Source of the DNA: Candidatus Omnitrophota bacterium
GTDB taxonomy: Bacteria > Omnitrophota > Gorgyraeia > Zapsychrales > JANLHA01
Direction: 5' to 3'
NCBI GenBank assembly: GCA_023143685.1
Contig: JAGLHE010000084.1
Location: 1 to 36,593 of the forward strand
DNA: 36,593 bases
Under the pieces are notes generated by a model. That model was given only the letters and a program-made list of their open reading frames with translations, was not told where the DNA came from and ran no database searches. How positions within the stretch are numbered: the stretch's first letter is position 1; every line of letters starts with the position of its first letter. The position numbers were made by a program, and so were the translations under genes. Shown here in pieces: positions 12,001 to 24,000 of the stretch.

Positions 12001-15000
12001 TTTTATATCTATAGAAGACTTTTCAAGCGCTGCCTCTTTTATAACCAAAGAAACATCATAAAATCGTCCCGCAATAACAGGCACATCCCTATACTTCTCA
12101 GACATACTGGCCATAAACTCTGAGGTAATTTTGACAACATTTTCCTTTTTCTTAACCGGTGAACTGGCAGGAGAACTCGTATCCTTTGAAGAAGATGCCG
12201 CGCCTTTATCTTCTTGCTCTTTTTTAATTCTTAGATCTTCCGCAACAACAACCTTTTCTATTTCATCAAAATCAGTTATAGACCCGTTGAGCTTTCGCAA
12301 TACTTTTTGCATCTCTTCTTCTGAAGAAAGGGCCTCACCAAACTGTGCCTCTAAAGACTTCATGTCTTCTTCTGCAACAGCTTTTCCTTCTTCAAGAGCC
12401 TTCAGGTAAGCATCTACTTTTGCGGCATCATTCTCGACAAGCGGATGAATCTTTGTCCAATCCGTCGTTCCTTCTTCAAGAAGAGCAACGAGATTCTTTA
12501 AATTGTCCTTAAAGAAAACAAGCAAATCTGACAATATGTCGCGCTCTTTCATTCGAGCTTCTTCTTCGAGCTGTGATGCAAGTAAAACATTTTCTTTCCA
12601 GGCCTCGATGTTTTCATCTGCTTTTGCCCGAAGATTGCTTCTGTCAGCATAATAATCTTGAATCGTTGTGTCATATTTCCCGAATAGTTCTGCCAGGCCT
12701 TTTAAAGATTCCGGTTTACCAATAAATAATTTTCTTAACCCTCTGCTAATCAAAGCAGCTGACATCAAACTCGGTGTCTTCAACTCATGCAAAAGCTCTC
12801 CGATATTATCTTCATCAACAGAATTTTCATCTATCGGCGAAGAGGAGCCATTTGTTTTTTCTTCTAGACTCCTAATATCTCTTTTAAATGCAGCTGCTTT
12901 TTCTTTAGCTAACCATTCTGCCTCATCAAGATATCCAAGATATGCTTCAAGCATTTCCGGCCGTGATAAGTAATATGCTTCCAAACGATCAAGGATCTCT
13001 ACAATATCCTGTCCGTCCGGTATCTTATCTACCGCGGCATATATACGCCCTCGTTGACGAGCGATCTCATTAACCATCTTTCTGTTCCAACTAAGAGTGT
13101 TTCCATTATTATTTCCATTGTTATAACTATTTTGTCTGCCATTCTGTTTCCTAATCGGTGAAGAGGCCTTGCTTTCATCACCAGAACTCAATCCATCTAT
13201 TGATGGATGAATTGGGCTGGAAAATTCTTCGTGGCGCACGCCTGGGTTCTTATCGCCCACAGCTAACATATCTTTCGGCAGAATGAAAGTCACTTCCAAC
13301 CCTTTGCCCTGAGCATCTTCAAAATTCTTAACATCAACCGTGCCGCCGTGGAGTTGCGCAATCAATTTAATATTATGCATCCCTAGCCCTAACCCATGAC
13401 GCAGCGTGCCTTCTTTGTCGGAAAGTTCCTTTGTGGAATATCCTGCCAAGTACGCATCTGCCTCTACTTCTTCCGGGATCCCGCCGGCATAATCGCGCAT
13501 ACGAATACTGATATTCTCACCCAGAGATAACAGCTCCACAAAAATCTTTCTGTCTTCTTGCGGCGCCCCTTGCTCCACATAAGCCTGATATGAATTTCTT
13601 AATACATCGCTAAAAGCATTTCCAAGTTCATAAACTTTTGCGACAGCCAATTGAGCATCCGCTTCTCCTTCAAAAACCAACTGCAACCCTGCCCCCCCGG
13701 CAGATTGATTAACAAAATCAACAAACCTTTCGATATTCTTCTTAAGTGAAATATCTTTAGAAAAATCATTCCCGTTTCCGGCCAACACCATTAAATATTG
13801 AATGAACGTTCTTATATCAGCGTCGATTCCGTGTATCTTTTCAATCACAGCCTGAACCTCTGGCTGTTTAATCTGCTCTTTACTCAACGATTGAGAAATA
13901 CCCCTGATGTTTATAGAAAATCGTATATCACTTAAAAATACGGTAAACTTCTTATCCAAAGCCCCTCTTAAAATAACCATAATCTCTTGTATATCTTCCC
14001 CTTCCAGCCCGGCTATTTCCAATCCATCTGTCGCCTCTTTCATCTCGGCAATAATCCTATCAAAAATCTCTAAAGATATTTCATCCTCAATAGACGGTAT
14101 CATCTGAGTTCGAGATTGCAACTCATCAACTAACCTGTCATGCCGAATTCTCAATTCCTGAATTTGCGTTAACACAGACGGGATTTCTTCAACAATAGCA
14201 AGGCCCTGCGCCCACCCTTTCTTGGCTAACAGGCTGTTGATTCTACGCACTATTTCTCCATACAAGATCGGTGAGCTGGAAATATTTGTACCTTTATCAA
14301 TGTTCTGGATTTGCGAAGAAGAGGATTCTATCTTTTTCGATGGTGTCTTATATGTATTTTCCCTCTCTTCACCGGCTATGCCTAATGCCTCCTTCGCTGC
14401 TTGACGTACTTCCGGATGCTCGTCTTCTAATACCTGATCAAAATACAACAACGTTTTAATCGTCTTCAAAGATAAAACAGCCTCTCTACGAACGACCCAG
14501 ACAGGATCTTTTAAGGCCTCAACCAATAAGGCAACTGCCTTGTCTCCTCCAATATATCCTAACGCCTCTACCGCAAACTTTCGCGCCTCCCAATTGTCCG
14601 GATATATAGGCATTTTTAAACGATCCACCTTGCTCTCGTCCAATATCTTACCTAACGCCCAAGCAGCAACGCTTCCAACTTCCCATGAAATTTGGCCTAG
14701 GCTTGTTGTTAATTCTCTGTTTGAATTCCTCTTTTCTTCCCAAGGTGTTTTTCGCCAAGGATGATATTCCAAAGAATTGACGTTTCCATTTTCTGAGTTA
14801 TATTCTTCAAAACCAGTTATCGGTGGCGTAACCGAACGATACCCCAAGTGTATTCTTAAAATAGATATCGCGCGTTCATCATTCATATGCGCTAATGCGA
14901 TCGCGAGTCCAACACGTGCCGGGATCAATGTCTTATCATTGGCCATCTTCTGAATTAACGAATCTACCAAATCCAGATTTTTTCGCTTGCTCACCTCCAA

Positions 15001-18000
15001 TGAGTTCGAAACTCCTCCACCCGGAGACGCTAACGACACTTTGACTTTCCCTCGCGCATGATTTACTTCAACTTTATACTCAAGGGTTCCATTAATATGG
15101 CCTTCTTCATAAATAACTTTCTCTTGCGGCTCCTTAACCGGAGAAGAAACAGCTGAAGACAAAGTTCCTTGTGTAATCTTGTCTTTATTAAGTTCTTCAT
15201 AGAGTCCCTGATAAACATTTAAGTAGTGAATCAAACTGCGGCTCCAGTCATTATCCTGTCTCATGCCATTTGCAACAATTTGGTGCCACAGATCAGGATC
15301 GTTCTCATAGATACGAATGGCTCTCTCTATCGCCGCATACCCTTGATCCGCATTAATCCCTTTACGATTCGCATCTTCATCCGGATGAATAAGTGCACGG
15401 GAAACACCTTCAAACACAAAACCTGTCCAATTGTCCCCTCCTTCAAACACCGTATCTGCTAAACCACCGGTCAACCTTACGATCGGTACGGCACCATACC
15501 GCATCGCATGCATTTGCGTTAACCCGCTCGGTTCATAATCCGAAGGAATGAGCAACCCGTCTGCGCCAGCATAAATCATGCTAGCTAACTTCGCTGAATA
15601 AGCCTGCACATAAGCTATTGAAATCCCCAATTCTTCTTTTCGCGGATCAGACGCTAACCGCGCAAACTCTTCTTCCAAACTCTTTTCTTCATCTGTTTCA
15701 CCGGTCCCCAAAATAACAATGTCCATACTCAACGCTGCGCGCTTGCCTTCATACATTTCTTGAATCATCTGCGCTAAAATATCTAACTGTTTCTGGCTCG
15801 CCACACGGGATACCACGCCAAGCAAGAACCGGCCTGTCGCAACGTTTAAGAATCCGTGCTTCTTGCTTGAATCCTTAACTCCTAGGGTTGTTACATCGCC
15901 GTGCCGTGATAACACTTCCTGTAAAAGCATCTTATTGACAGAACGGGCTTTCTTAACACTCCCGATCCCGTCATCAATGCTATAATTCACCACAATCTTA
16001 GAATCGGTCGCCGGATTCCACACACTAAAGTCAATACCGTTTAAGATCCCGCCGAAACGCTCGCCAGCTATTTTTAAGAGCCGGTCAACCTCAAACTCTG
16101 TATACGAAATCTCACGTGCATATGTATCGCTTACCGTATTAATATAATGACCCAGCCCTTGACCATACTGAATAATCCCTGGCACAGTGGCCATAAAGTT
16201 GAGCTGCCCGTTCTTAATAATCAAGTTTCTTATTTTGTCAGTTTCAGACAACCCTGTTTCGTTTAACCATTCCACCGGATACTCGCCCTGATATCCGATA
16301 TTGTGGATCGTAAAGGCGCTGCCGCTTTGCGCGAACTTATCTTGATAAAGAGTACGCATATATGTCGGAACAAGCGCGGTATGATGATCGTGCGCATGAA
16401 TGACATCCGGTTTCGTTCCTAAGAATTGCAACAAGTCTAGCGCCCCGCGAGACAAAATGATGGATTCATAGAACTCTGCTTCTTTGCCGGTATATGGTTT
16501 CACAAAGAGGTCTGAACTTTGTGCCTCTAACATATAAACTGTCATGCCGTCTTTCGTAATCTTCTTGGCGGTCACACGTTCTTTTGCCCTGCGTGTAAAA
16601 ACAAGTTCACCTACAAACCCTTCAACATCTTCAACCGTATATTCATCTAAAATTTTATCTACCAAAGATTTAAAATAAGGAATGATCAGTGTCACGTCAT
16701 TCCCCTGCGCTGCAATGACTTTAAACAATTCATACATCACATCGCCTGCCCCGCCGACTTTAACGATCGGCCCGAATTCCATGCCCACCGCAGCAACCAT
16801 GCCCTTAAAGGCATGGTTGAGTTGCTTAATAATAGGTGAGGACGTCTGACTATCAAAGTTCTCTCCGACCCACTGCCCAACAGCCTGAAATTTTGCGATC
16901 TCGCTATTTTTTATTACCCCTTTAGGATGTGCTTTCACCGGTGATGAAACTGTTGGCATTCTTTCCGAATCCAAAATAACCCAATGGTGTTCACTCAATT
17001 TAAATGGTACACCCCATATTTCAACAACCGTCCCTTGCTCTAAAGATTCTTTATAGCGGTTCATGTCGGCTGACATGATCTCGTCCACACTAACATCTTT
17101 CCAGGCAGTATTAACTTCTTGATCTTTCCCTCGAGCATTAACATCAAACTCTCTCATTCCTGTTATTTTTGATAATTTAAACAATATTGTCCAGAACTTG
17201 ACAATTGCCTCATCCTCTAGCTTATCAATAAAGTAATAACAATAGACATTAGACGTTTTCAAGAAATCTTTAAGCGCTTTAGCTTTAGAAGGATATTTAG
17301 CATAAATACTTTCAATTTTCTGTATAACCCTTTGTGCTTTTGCGTCTCTCTCCACATCCGGATTACCTTCATAATCACTTAACAATCGATAGATTCTATC
17401 TGTATCCCACTTCTTGCTAAGCTGGGCCAACCCTTCTTTTGTAATAAATGTATTGGCAAATTCAACAACACTATTACGCAAGAACCCTTCTTTTCGAACA
17501 CCTCGAATATCCGCAAGGTTCAAGACCCGCAACGCTGCTAAGTCAACACCCTGAATAGAAGCAGGGTCAACCTCACCCTTAAGAGCAACCCCTATAGCAG
17601 CATGGTTCAAAAGCAACGCCTTACTTTCATGAATCTCTTGTTGAGAAATATCTGGGATAAGGCGCGGCATAATATGGGCAGCCATCTCAACGCTATAAAT
17701 CAAATGCTGCGCGCCGGAAGCCTTGGCCTTGCCGATGTCATGCAGTAGCGCGTTCAGCCAGAAAACAAGCTTTTTGCTTGGGGTGTTTGTTACCTTGACA
17801 TAATCACGGTGGATTGCTGAAAAATGTTCTTTTATAATATTCTCAATCGCATCATTATTAAATCCATCCCTGTCATTGACCGCAATAAACTGAACGGCAT
17901 CCAAGACCATTTGCGTATGCGCCCACGCGCTTATCGCTCCCAGTCGCGGATTAGTTGTGCCATTATAAAAACACAGCGCTTTAAGCTCTGGGATAACCTC

Positions 18001-21000
18001 CCAAAGCTTTCCACTATCAGCCCATTTTCTGATCACATCAGCTGGTCGAGAACTAGAAATAATTTCCTGGTTAAACTCTTGTGTTAATTTCTTAATACTA
18101 TCTGTTCTTTCTTCTACCTTCTGATCTGTGGCCTCTGTCTTCGGCGCTACTCCAATAACCACCGCAGCCTCTTTATCCTGCTCTAGTTCCTTAATAAACG
18201 CATTCCACAATCCTTCAAGACTTTCTTCCTGTGCCGCGTTAGTAAAGATTTCTTTGATCACGTCAACATCTTCTTTAATCACTCTCATACGATAATAATC
18301 TCTCCAAGCCTGATCTGTGATATCCACAACAGGTGAGCTGGATGCTGCGAATGTTGAACCAACAGTGTTACGTCTGTTAACCTTTTGGACTTGGTCGATA
18401 TCAATTAAGCGAAGCGTTGACTCCTCAACAGCTGTCATGCCTGGTTTCACATAATCAATAAAATGAACCATTCTTTTTTGTGCTACGATTTGTTGTAAAT
18501 ACTGATCAATGGCGATCATGTGGCCTAAAACCTTCTTCAAGGCGGCTAAAAATCTTTCGATAAGCTCCAACAAGAAGTTAAACAACGAGCTGCCAGCCAC
18601 ATAATTCTCCAAGAACAGATTAACAACTGACTCAACAGAAGCTGCTTGCCTATCGATAGCAACAACGTTCATGTCGACCACGACCCGGCCCGGCACCGCG
18701 ACAATATCTTTCCCTGTAGTTTGTAATGCATACACGGGCTGGATTGGGGAAGAAGATAATTTCTCTTTTTCCAGATGATCTTTCCATTCTCCATCCAAAA
18801 CATCAACCAGGTTGTCATAGAGGTTATAATTATTAATAATTACATCAGAGAATTTTTTGTAGTTTTCTTTGTGCTTCTCTGGAGCAGCAAAGATGCCAAC
18901 TGTTGTCTCTGTTGCTAACCCTTTACTAAAATCTTCTAATGCTTTTGCAACATCTTCTAATTGTGCATCCGCGTTAAGAATACTTAACAAGCCTTCGAAC
19001 ATCTCTTTCTTCCATTTATAAACCTCATAAACAAACGGGATTCCCATAACAATCGCATCAAGAAGCGTGTACATCCCTCTAACCCCAACAGGGAGATCTG
19101 CAGACTTTTCTATTTTCTGGAAGACCTGTCCTTCTTGTGGAGCGATAAGATGCATTTTGACAGATGACTTGCCTTCTTTTCCTGCAATTATTTCCCCTCC
19201 TACTCCGTAAACAGCAATTCTTTCGTCAATCTTATCGACAAACACATCTTCCCCTGCAACATTCTTTGGATCATAAACGAACAATACGTCAACACTTTCA
19301 TTTTCCCGCCCTTTGAAAATATTTTCTAAATAACTATTCAACGTCTCAACTTTATTAAAATATGCAAATCCCCATGTGCGCGCTGCCTGCATATTTTCAA
19401 CCGATCGGCCTTGGGCAGCTAAGAGTGAAATAATTTCCTGCTTCTTCACAACGCGATCTTCTGCTGTCAGCTCTAACATCTCTTCGCGCGTATCATAAAG
19501 ATTCTCAGGCAAGTTGGCGCCCAACCGTTCTTGTCCAAACCCTGCCTCAATGATCTTAGCCATCCAAGCAAAAGTCTGGTCTTCATTAGGATTAGGCTCT
19601 GTTGCCATTTGGTCTTCTTCGGTAAGAACAACCGGAATCTTCGGCATTGGATAATTACGCAACCAATCTGAAGACCCTGATACCGAAATCCCAATATCAG
19701 CTGGCTCAAGGCCTAATTCAATATTTTGATCCATTGCGTCAACAACCACGATATTACCAATCTTATTAATTTTAACGTTCTCATCAATGCCAGGATAAAT
19801 TGCTTGAAGTTTTCTATAGTTATCTTCATCTTTAATAACAACCAAACGGATCTCTTTTTCTGGGAATCTTGAAGCCAAGGCCTGCGCCAACAATACTGCC
19901 GCTGTGATGTCTCCGTATCCTTCATAAAGGAAGTTAATATAAATATCCATAATCTTAACGCCTTCTAATTTTTCTTCAGCTTTTGAACCTTCAACCGGTG
20001 AAGAAGTTTTATCTGCCTTTAACGCTTCTTCTGCTTTGGCTCTGGAAAAATAAACCTCTTCGCCTGTCACAACGATCAAGGAATTACGGTTAACATCTGA
20101 ATAAGACTTGGCGTAAGGACCGTTGACCCATTCTGTGTGGCCGTTCTCGTAACAGATAATGAACTTGAATTCGTATGGATTATTTCTGGCAGGTACGATG
20201 TTGGCTGGCACAACAACAGCCCATAAATCATCGCGGATATGTGTAAGTGTTAAAGCACCGTCATTTTCGTTTTGTACCCAATTAGTGAAATCGCCGGTGA
20301 GAACAATTTCGCTGATACCTTCCGGCGGTGCCCGCAAGCTGAACAGCATCCCTTCTTCAACACCGGATTGTGAACGAAATTCCACTAATGTTTGTTCTGA
20401 AGAATCAAATGCCTCTTCTAAATATTCGTGAAGAAGTGCCTGAACAACTGGCCGCTGATCATGTGACAACCAACGTACAATACGTCTCTGAGTTGTCGCT
20501 ATCAAATTACGGTTTCCTGGGCCATCTGTTATAACAGCCATTGCATGAAGAAGCCTATCTCTCGCGATATTATCTTGGCCAACTCTATTGGCGCGTAACT
20601 CACTCATAAGAACTTGCTCTAATTCGTAAAAACGATTACGCACCTGATCAGCTTCGTTCAAAAGTTGTGGTATATTTCTAAAGACAACATGCATATCAAT
20701 ATCAGAAGCAACCCCTGCCTCACCCATTTGGACACTTCCGAGAAGGCTTCCGTCTACAACAAATTCAGAACCAAATTCATTCTGTACCTGACGTAAAATC
20801 GCATGAGCCATTAATGTCAGTGCCATCGCATTAATATTTTCACCAGAAGCCGTAACAGCAACATTTCTTTTTCCCCAAGATTCGAAGCTGTCTTTATAAA
20901 TATCCTGCTCTTCATATCCAGCCTTAGCCTCAAACAACGCCTTGATAATCGGCGTAACCTGTTCAAAGACCGGAGAAGAAGATGCTTCGCGGTACTGTGT

Positions 21001-24000
21001 CTTACCGTCTTTCGCATACACAGAGGCTTCTTCGAAATTAACGTCATCTGTTTCTTGCACTTCCACAATCGCTGTCACCGACTCTAACGGTCTGTACATG
21101 CCTCGTGTTAACTGCTGTGCGGCTGTATTATAGAGGAGATCCCACTGGTGCGCTGTGCAGGAGAGTGTAACTTCTCTAACCTCATTAACGATCATATGGA
21201 TAATTTGTTCATAATTTAAACCATCCACATTGCGTGCTACCATATCGGCCTGACCTTCATAATCGAAACCTGTAACCGTCACGCCAAACTGCTCAAACAC
21301 ATGGAAGGCTTCGCGAACAAGGGCGTCAAAGCTTTGTTCCGGCTGTGTTCTCTTAATAACCGCTGCTACCTTCTCGCCTGTATTCCAAACATATCCGCTG
21401 ATCGCCACAACCATTTGAAACGTTGAATTAGCGCCGATAGAAACGATATTGACCGGCTTACCTGTCTTTGGCATAACAACCACCCATCCTCTATTAACGA
21501 AGATCGCATTTTCTGGATAGTATTGTGTGGCCGCCGAATAACCATCGCTGTACTGGAATGTTAAGGCTTTCTTATCTGCAGCGTAAACCGGTTTTGATAT
21601 CGCTGCCATCGTAACTTCATAATCAGGGATCAGAGCCTTCATAAAATCATCCGACACCTTCTCCCCCGCCCACACCACGCGGATTAGGGAGGATGTCTGG
21701 GCGTCGGCTTTTGTGACCGGGGAGGAGGAACTGTTGTTGTCAGCTGTTGCGACAGGTGAAGAGAAGGTGGTGCCTGAAGAGGAGTCTTGTGTTTGATGTC
21801 TTTTCATATAAGGCTTTCCTGCCGCCTTTTGTGGTACAACATCAAACAATCTTCTGTTTGCCCACGCGACTAATTGATTTTCTAAGAATGTATAAATCTC
21901 GCCCGCATCGCCTGGGACATATGCGTTCTTAATTTGACGTTTATCTACATCAACTTCTTTAGCCAATTTCTGTATAAAATCATCGACGGAGACTTGTATC
22001 TCTTTTCTTCTTACGACCCCAACTCTTTGGGCTGTCGTCTTTTTAAATATTTCTTTTCTCTTTGCCGCATCACCTTCATCATAGATCGGGAACGTAGAGT
22101 CGCTCAACAATCTTACAGCTTTACGGCTCAATCCCATCTGTTTCGCTATACTGGTAATAAACTCTTTAAATTCTGCAGGATGTGTATTAATAAAGTTCCT
22201 CATCACAGAAACCGTTACCCCTTCTGGCAGGTATTTCTTAACATATTTATCAACTTGTGACCCATTGCTTAAATTCGTTTCTGGAGTCGTAAAGATTGTC
22301 TCAGCTCTCAATAACGGATATGTTATCTTTCTCTGAATTTTCATCGCGATCATCGCATTAGCAAACGCGCGTCGAACAATCTTCCTCATATAATTAATTG
22401 CTTTTTTCTTTACGTCTCGGTAACATGGTCCGTCTTTAATTTTCTCATTATCATAATTTACTCCTATTTGCTTGGCTACCTGATCAAAAGTTCCCGCTTT
22501 GACTTTCTTATCCTCAAATTCTCGCATTAATTTATTGCGTATACTTATATACAATTTATAATCGACGCTGCGTTTAACAATCCAAATACCCATCGGTATC
22601 ATCACAGCCCATGGCACAATCCAAAGATACCCAAACCAATAAGCCGCAACAAGTACGCCCACGACTGGGACAATAACTTTATAATAATCAACAATATTAT
22701 CTAAGTTCCCTTTAAAGAACGCCCACACTGTCGGAACACCCACATATTTAGCAAACGACTTGAAGTTCGGATCAAGAACCATCCAGAAAAATATTGGGAT
22801 AATCGCAAAATGCTGATAACTAATGAATATCATAAAGAGAATAGAAAAGATAACATCCCCTGCAGCCTGTGCATTTCGACCAGCCTGATACTTGTCATGA
22901 TTCAAATTAGCAATTACCTGTGAAGTAAAATATATCCCTGCCAAGATAAAGAAGATACCTTGCCCTGACACCAATCCTGCCGTGACCATAGAAATAACAC
23001 CTATTGTTGGAGCAACATATTGTGTTCGTGGCGTATCATAACTTGGTCGTGGATCAGATAAATAAGGATAGACCAACATAGCAACCGCCAAAGACATCCA
23101 CAAGAGTTCAAAAACAAATAAACCTGTAGGAATAAATGGACCAATCAAGAGATACGCCAACAACAACCCACCCCCGATACGAATAGAGGCTTCGTTCGCC
23201 CGATAATTAGTTAGCTTATCTAATCCGTTTGTTGCTGGAGCCCGAACAGTTGGAACAAAGTCAGATTTTCCTGTCACAGAGAATTGAACCTGGACAACCA
23301 CATATCGAATAACATACGCCATAAAATGCCATAATGCGCCTGGCTTATAAAGCGTCCTGTATAACCACATCCCGAACCCTTTATGGAACCCATGAACCCG
23401 ATTCATCAAGGCAATAAGACCTGTGTTGATAGATTGTGAGAAGAGGAACATATACCCAACAAACAACATCATAAACGGATAAGCCGCATAAAAATCAATC
23501 CCCAAGATAACAATGGATATCATGTGCAACAAGAAGTTAACAAAGACAAACGGCTTCATCCCGTAGAACATAAGCAACAAGACAACCTGCGTTAATTTAT
23601 CTGTTACAAGAACATTTTTATTCTTAAAGAATTTGTTCCCATAATAATCTTGCAACATTTCCAGATAATCCAACGAATATTTTTCATTCGGTGTACGAGC
23701 AGGAATAAATCCTAACGCTCGTCCTTCCCCACCTTTATAAAGGAAGTCATACTCAATATCTCCACCATCTTCAACTTTAGCCTGACCGCCCACAGCATCT
23801 TCAGCCGCACGCTCTAATGAAGATGTAATTAATCCTTCGTATTCTTCCTTGGCCACAAACTTACCATATTCCAACAATGTTCCAACCTCATCCGCCCAGA
23901 CCTGAGAAACCTGAGTCCACCCTATGGATGCAATATTTTCACTTCCCGCAACATTGCTTCCTCTCGCATCTGCCGCATATTGAGGGAAGGTAATTGACGC

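Larger units (their letters stand above)
2062..21765 (-). repeat. Dispersed protein-level linker motif [S/A/T/V/F]-S-S-P-[V/I/L], about 25 copies
   Basis: In-frame copies start near 2062, 3655, 4495, 4972, 6043, 6427, 7534, 7792, 8389 (SASPI variant), 8632, 12154 (TSSPASSPV, two copies), 12832, 13153, 13210, 14266, 15136, 16831, 16936, 18328, 18742, 19993, 20968, 21715 and 21751. Ser codons vary between copies (TCN and AGY). Confidence 0.92.

Noticed and set aside
10455-12712. Peptide ESLKGLAE occurring twice (about 10470 and 12700)
   Set aside because: Flanks are unrelated; eight residues are not enough to call an internal duplication.
2062-21765. Recurrent DNA words such as accggtgaaga as a CRISPR array, attC-like site or other DNA repeat
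   Set aside because: Spacing is irregular (tens of bp to 3.5 kb), codons vary synonymously and all copies are in one frame, so this is a peptide motif. A secondary role as recombination microhomology is not excluded.
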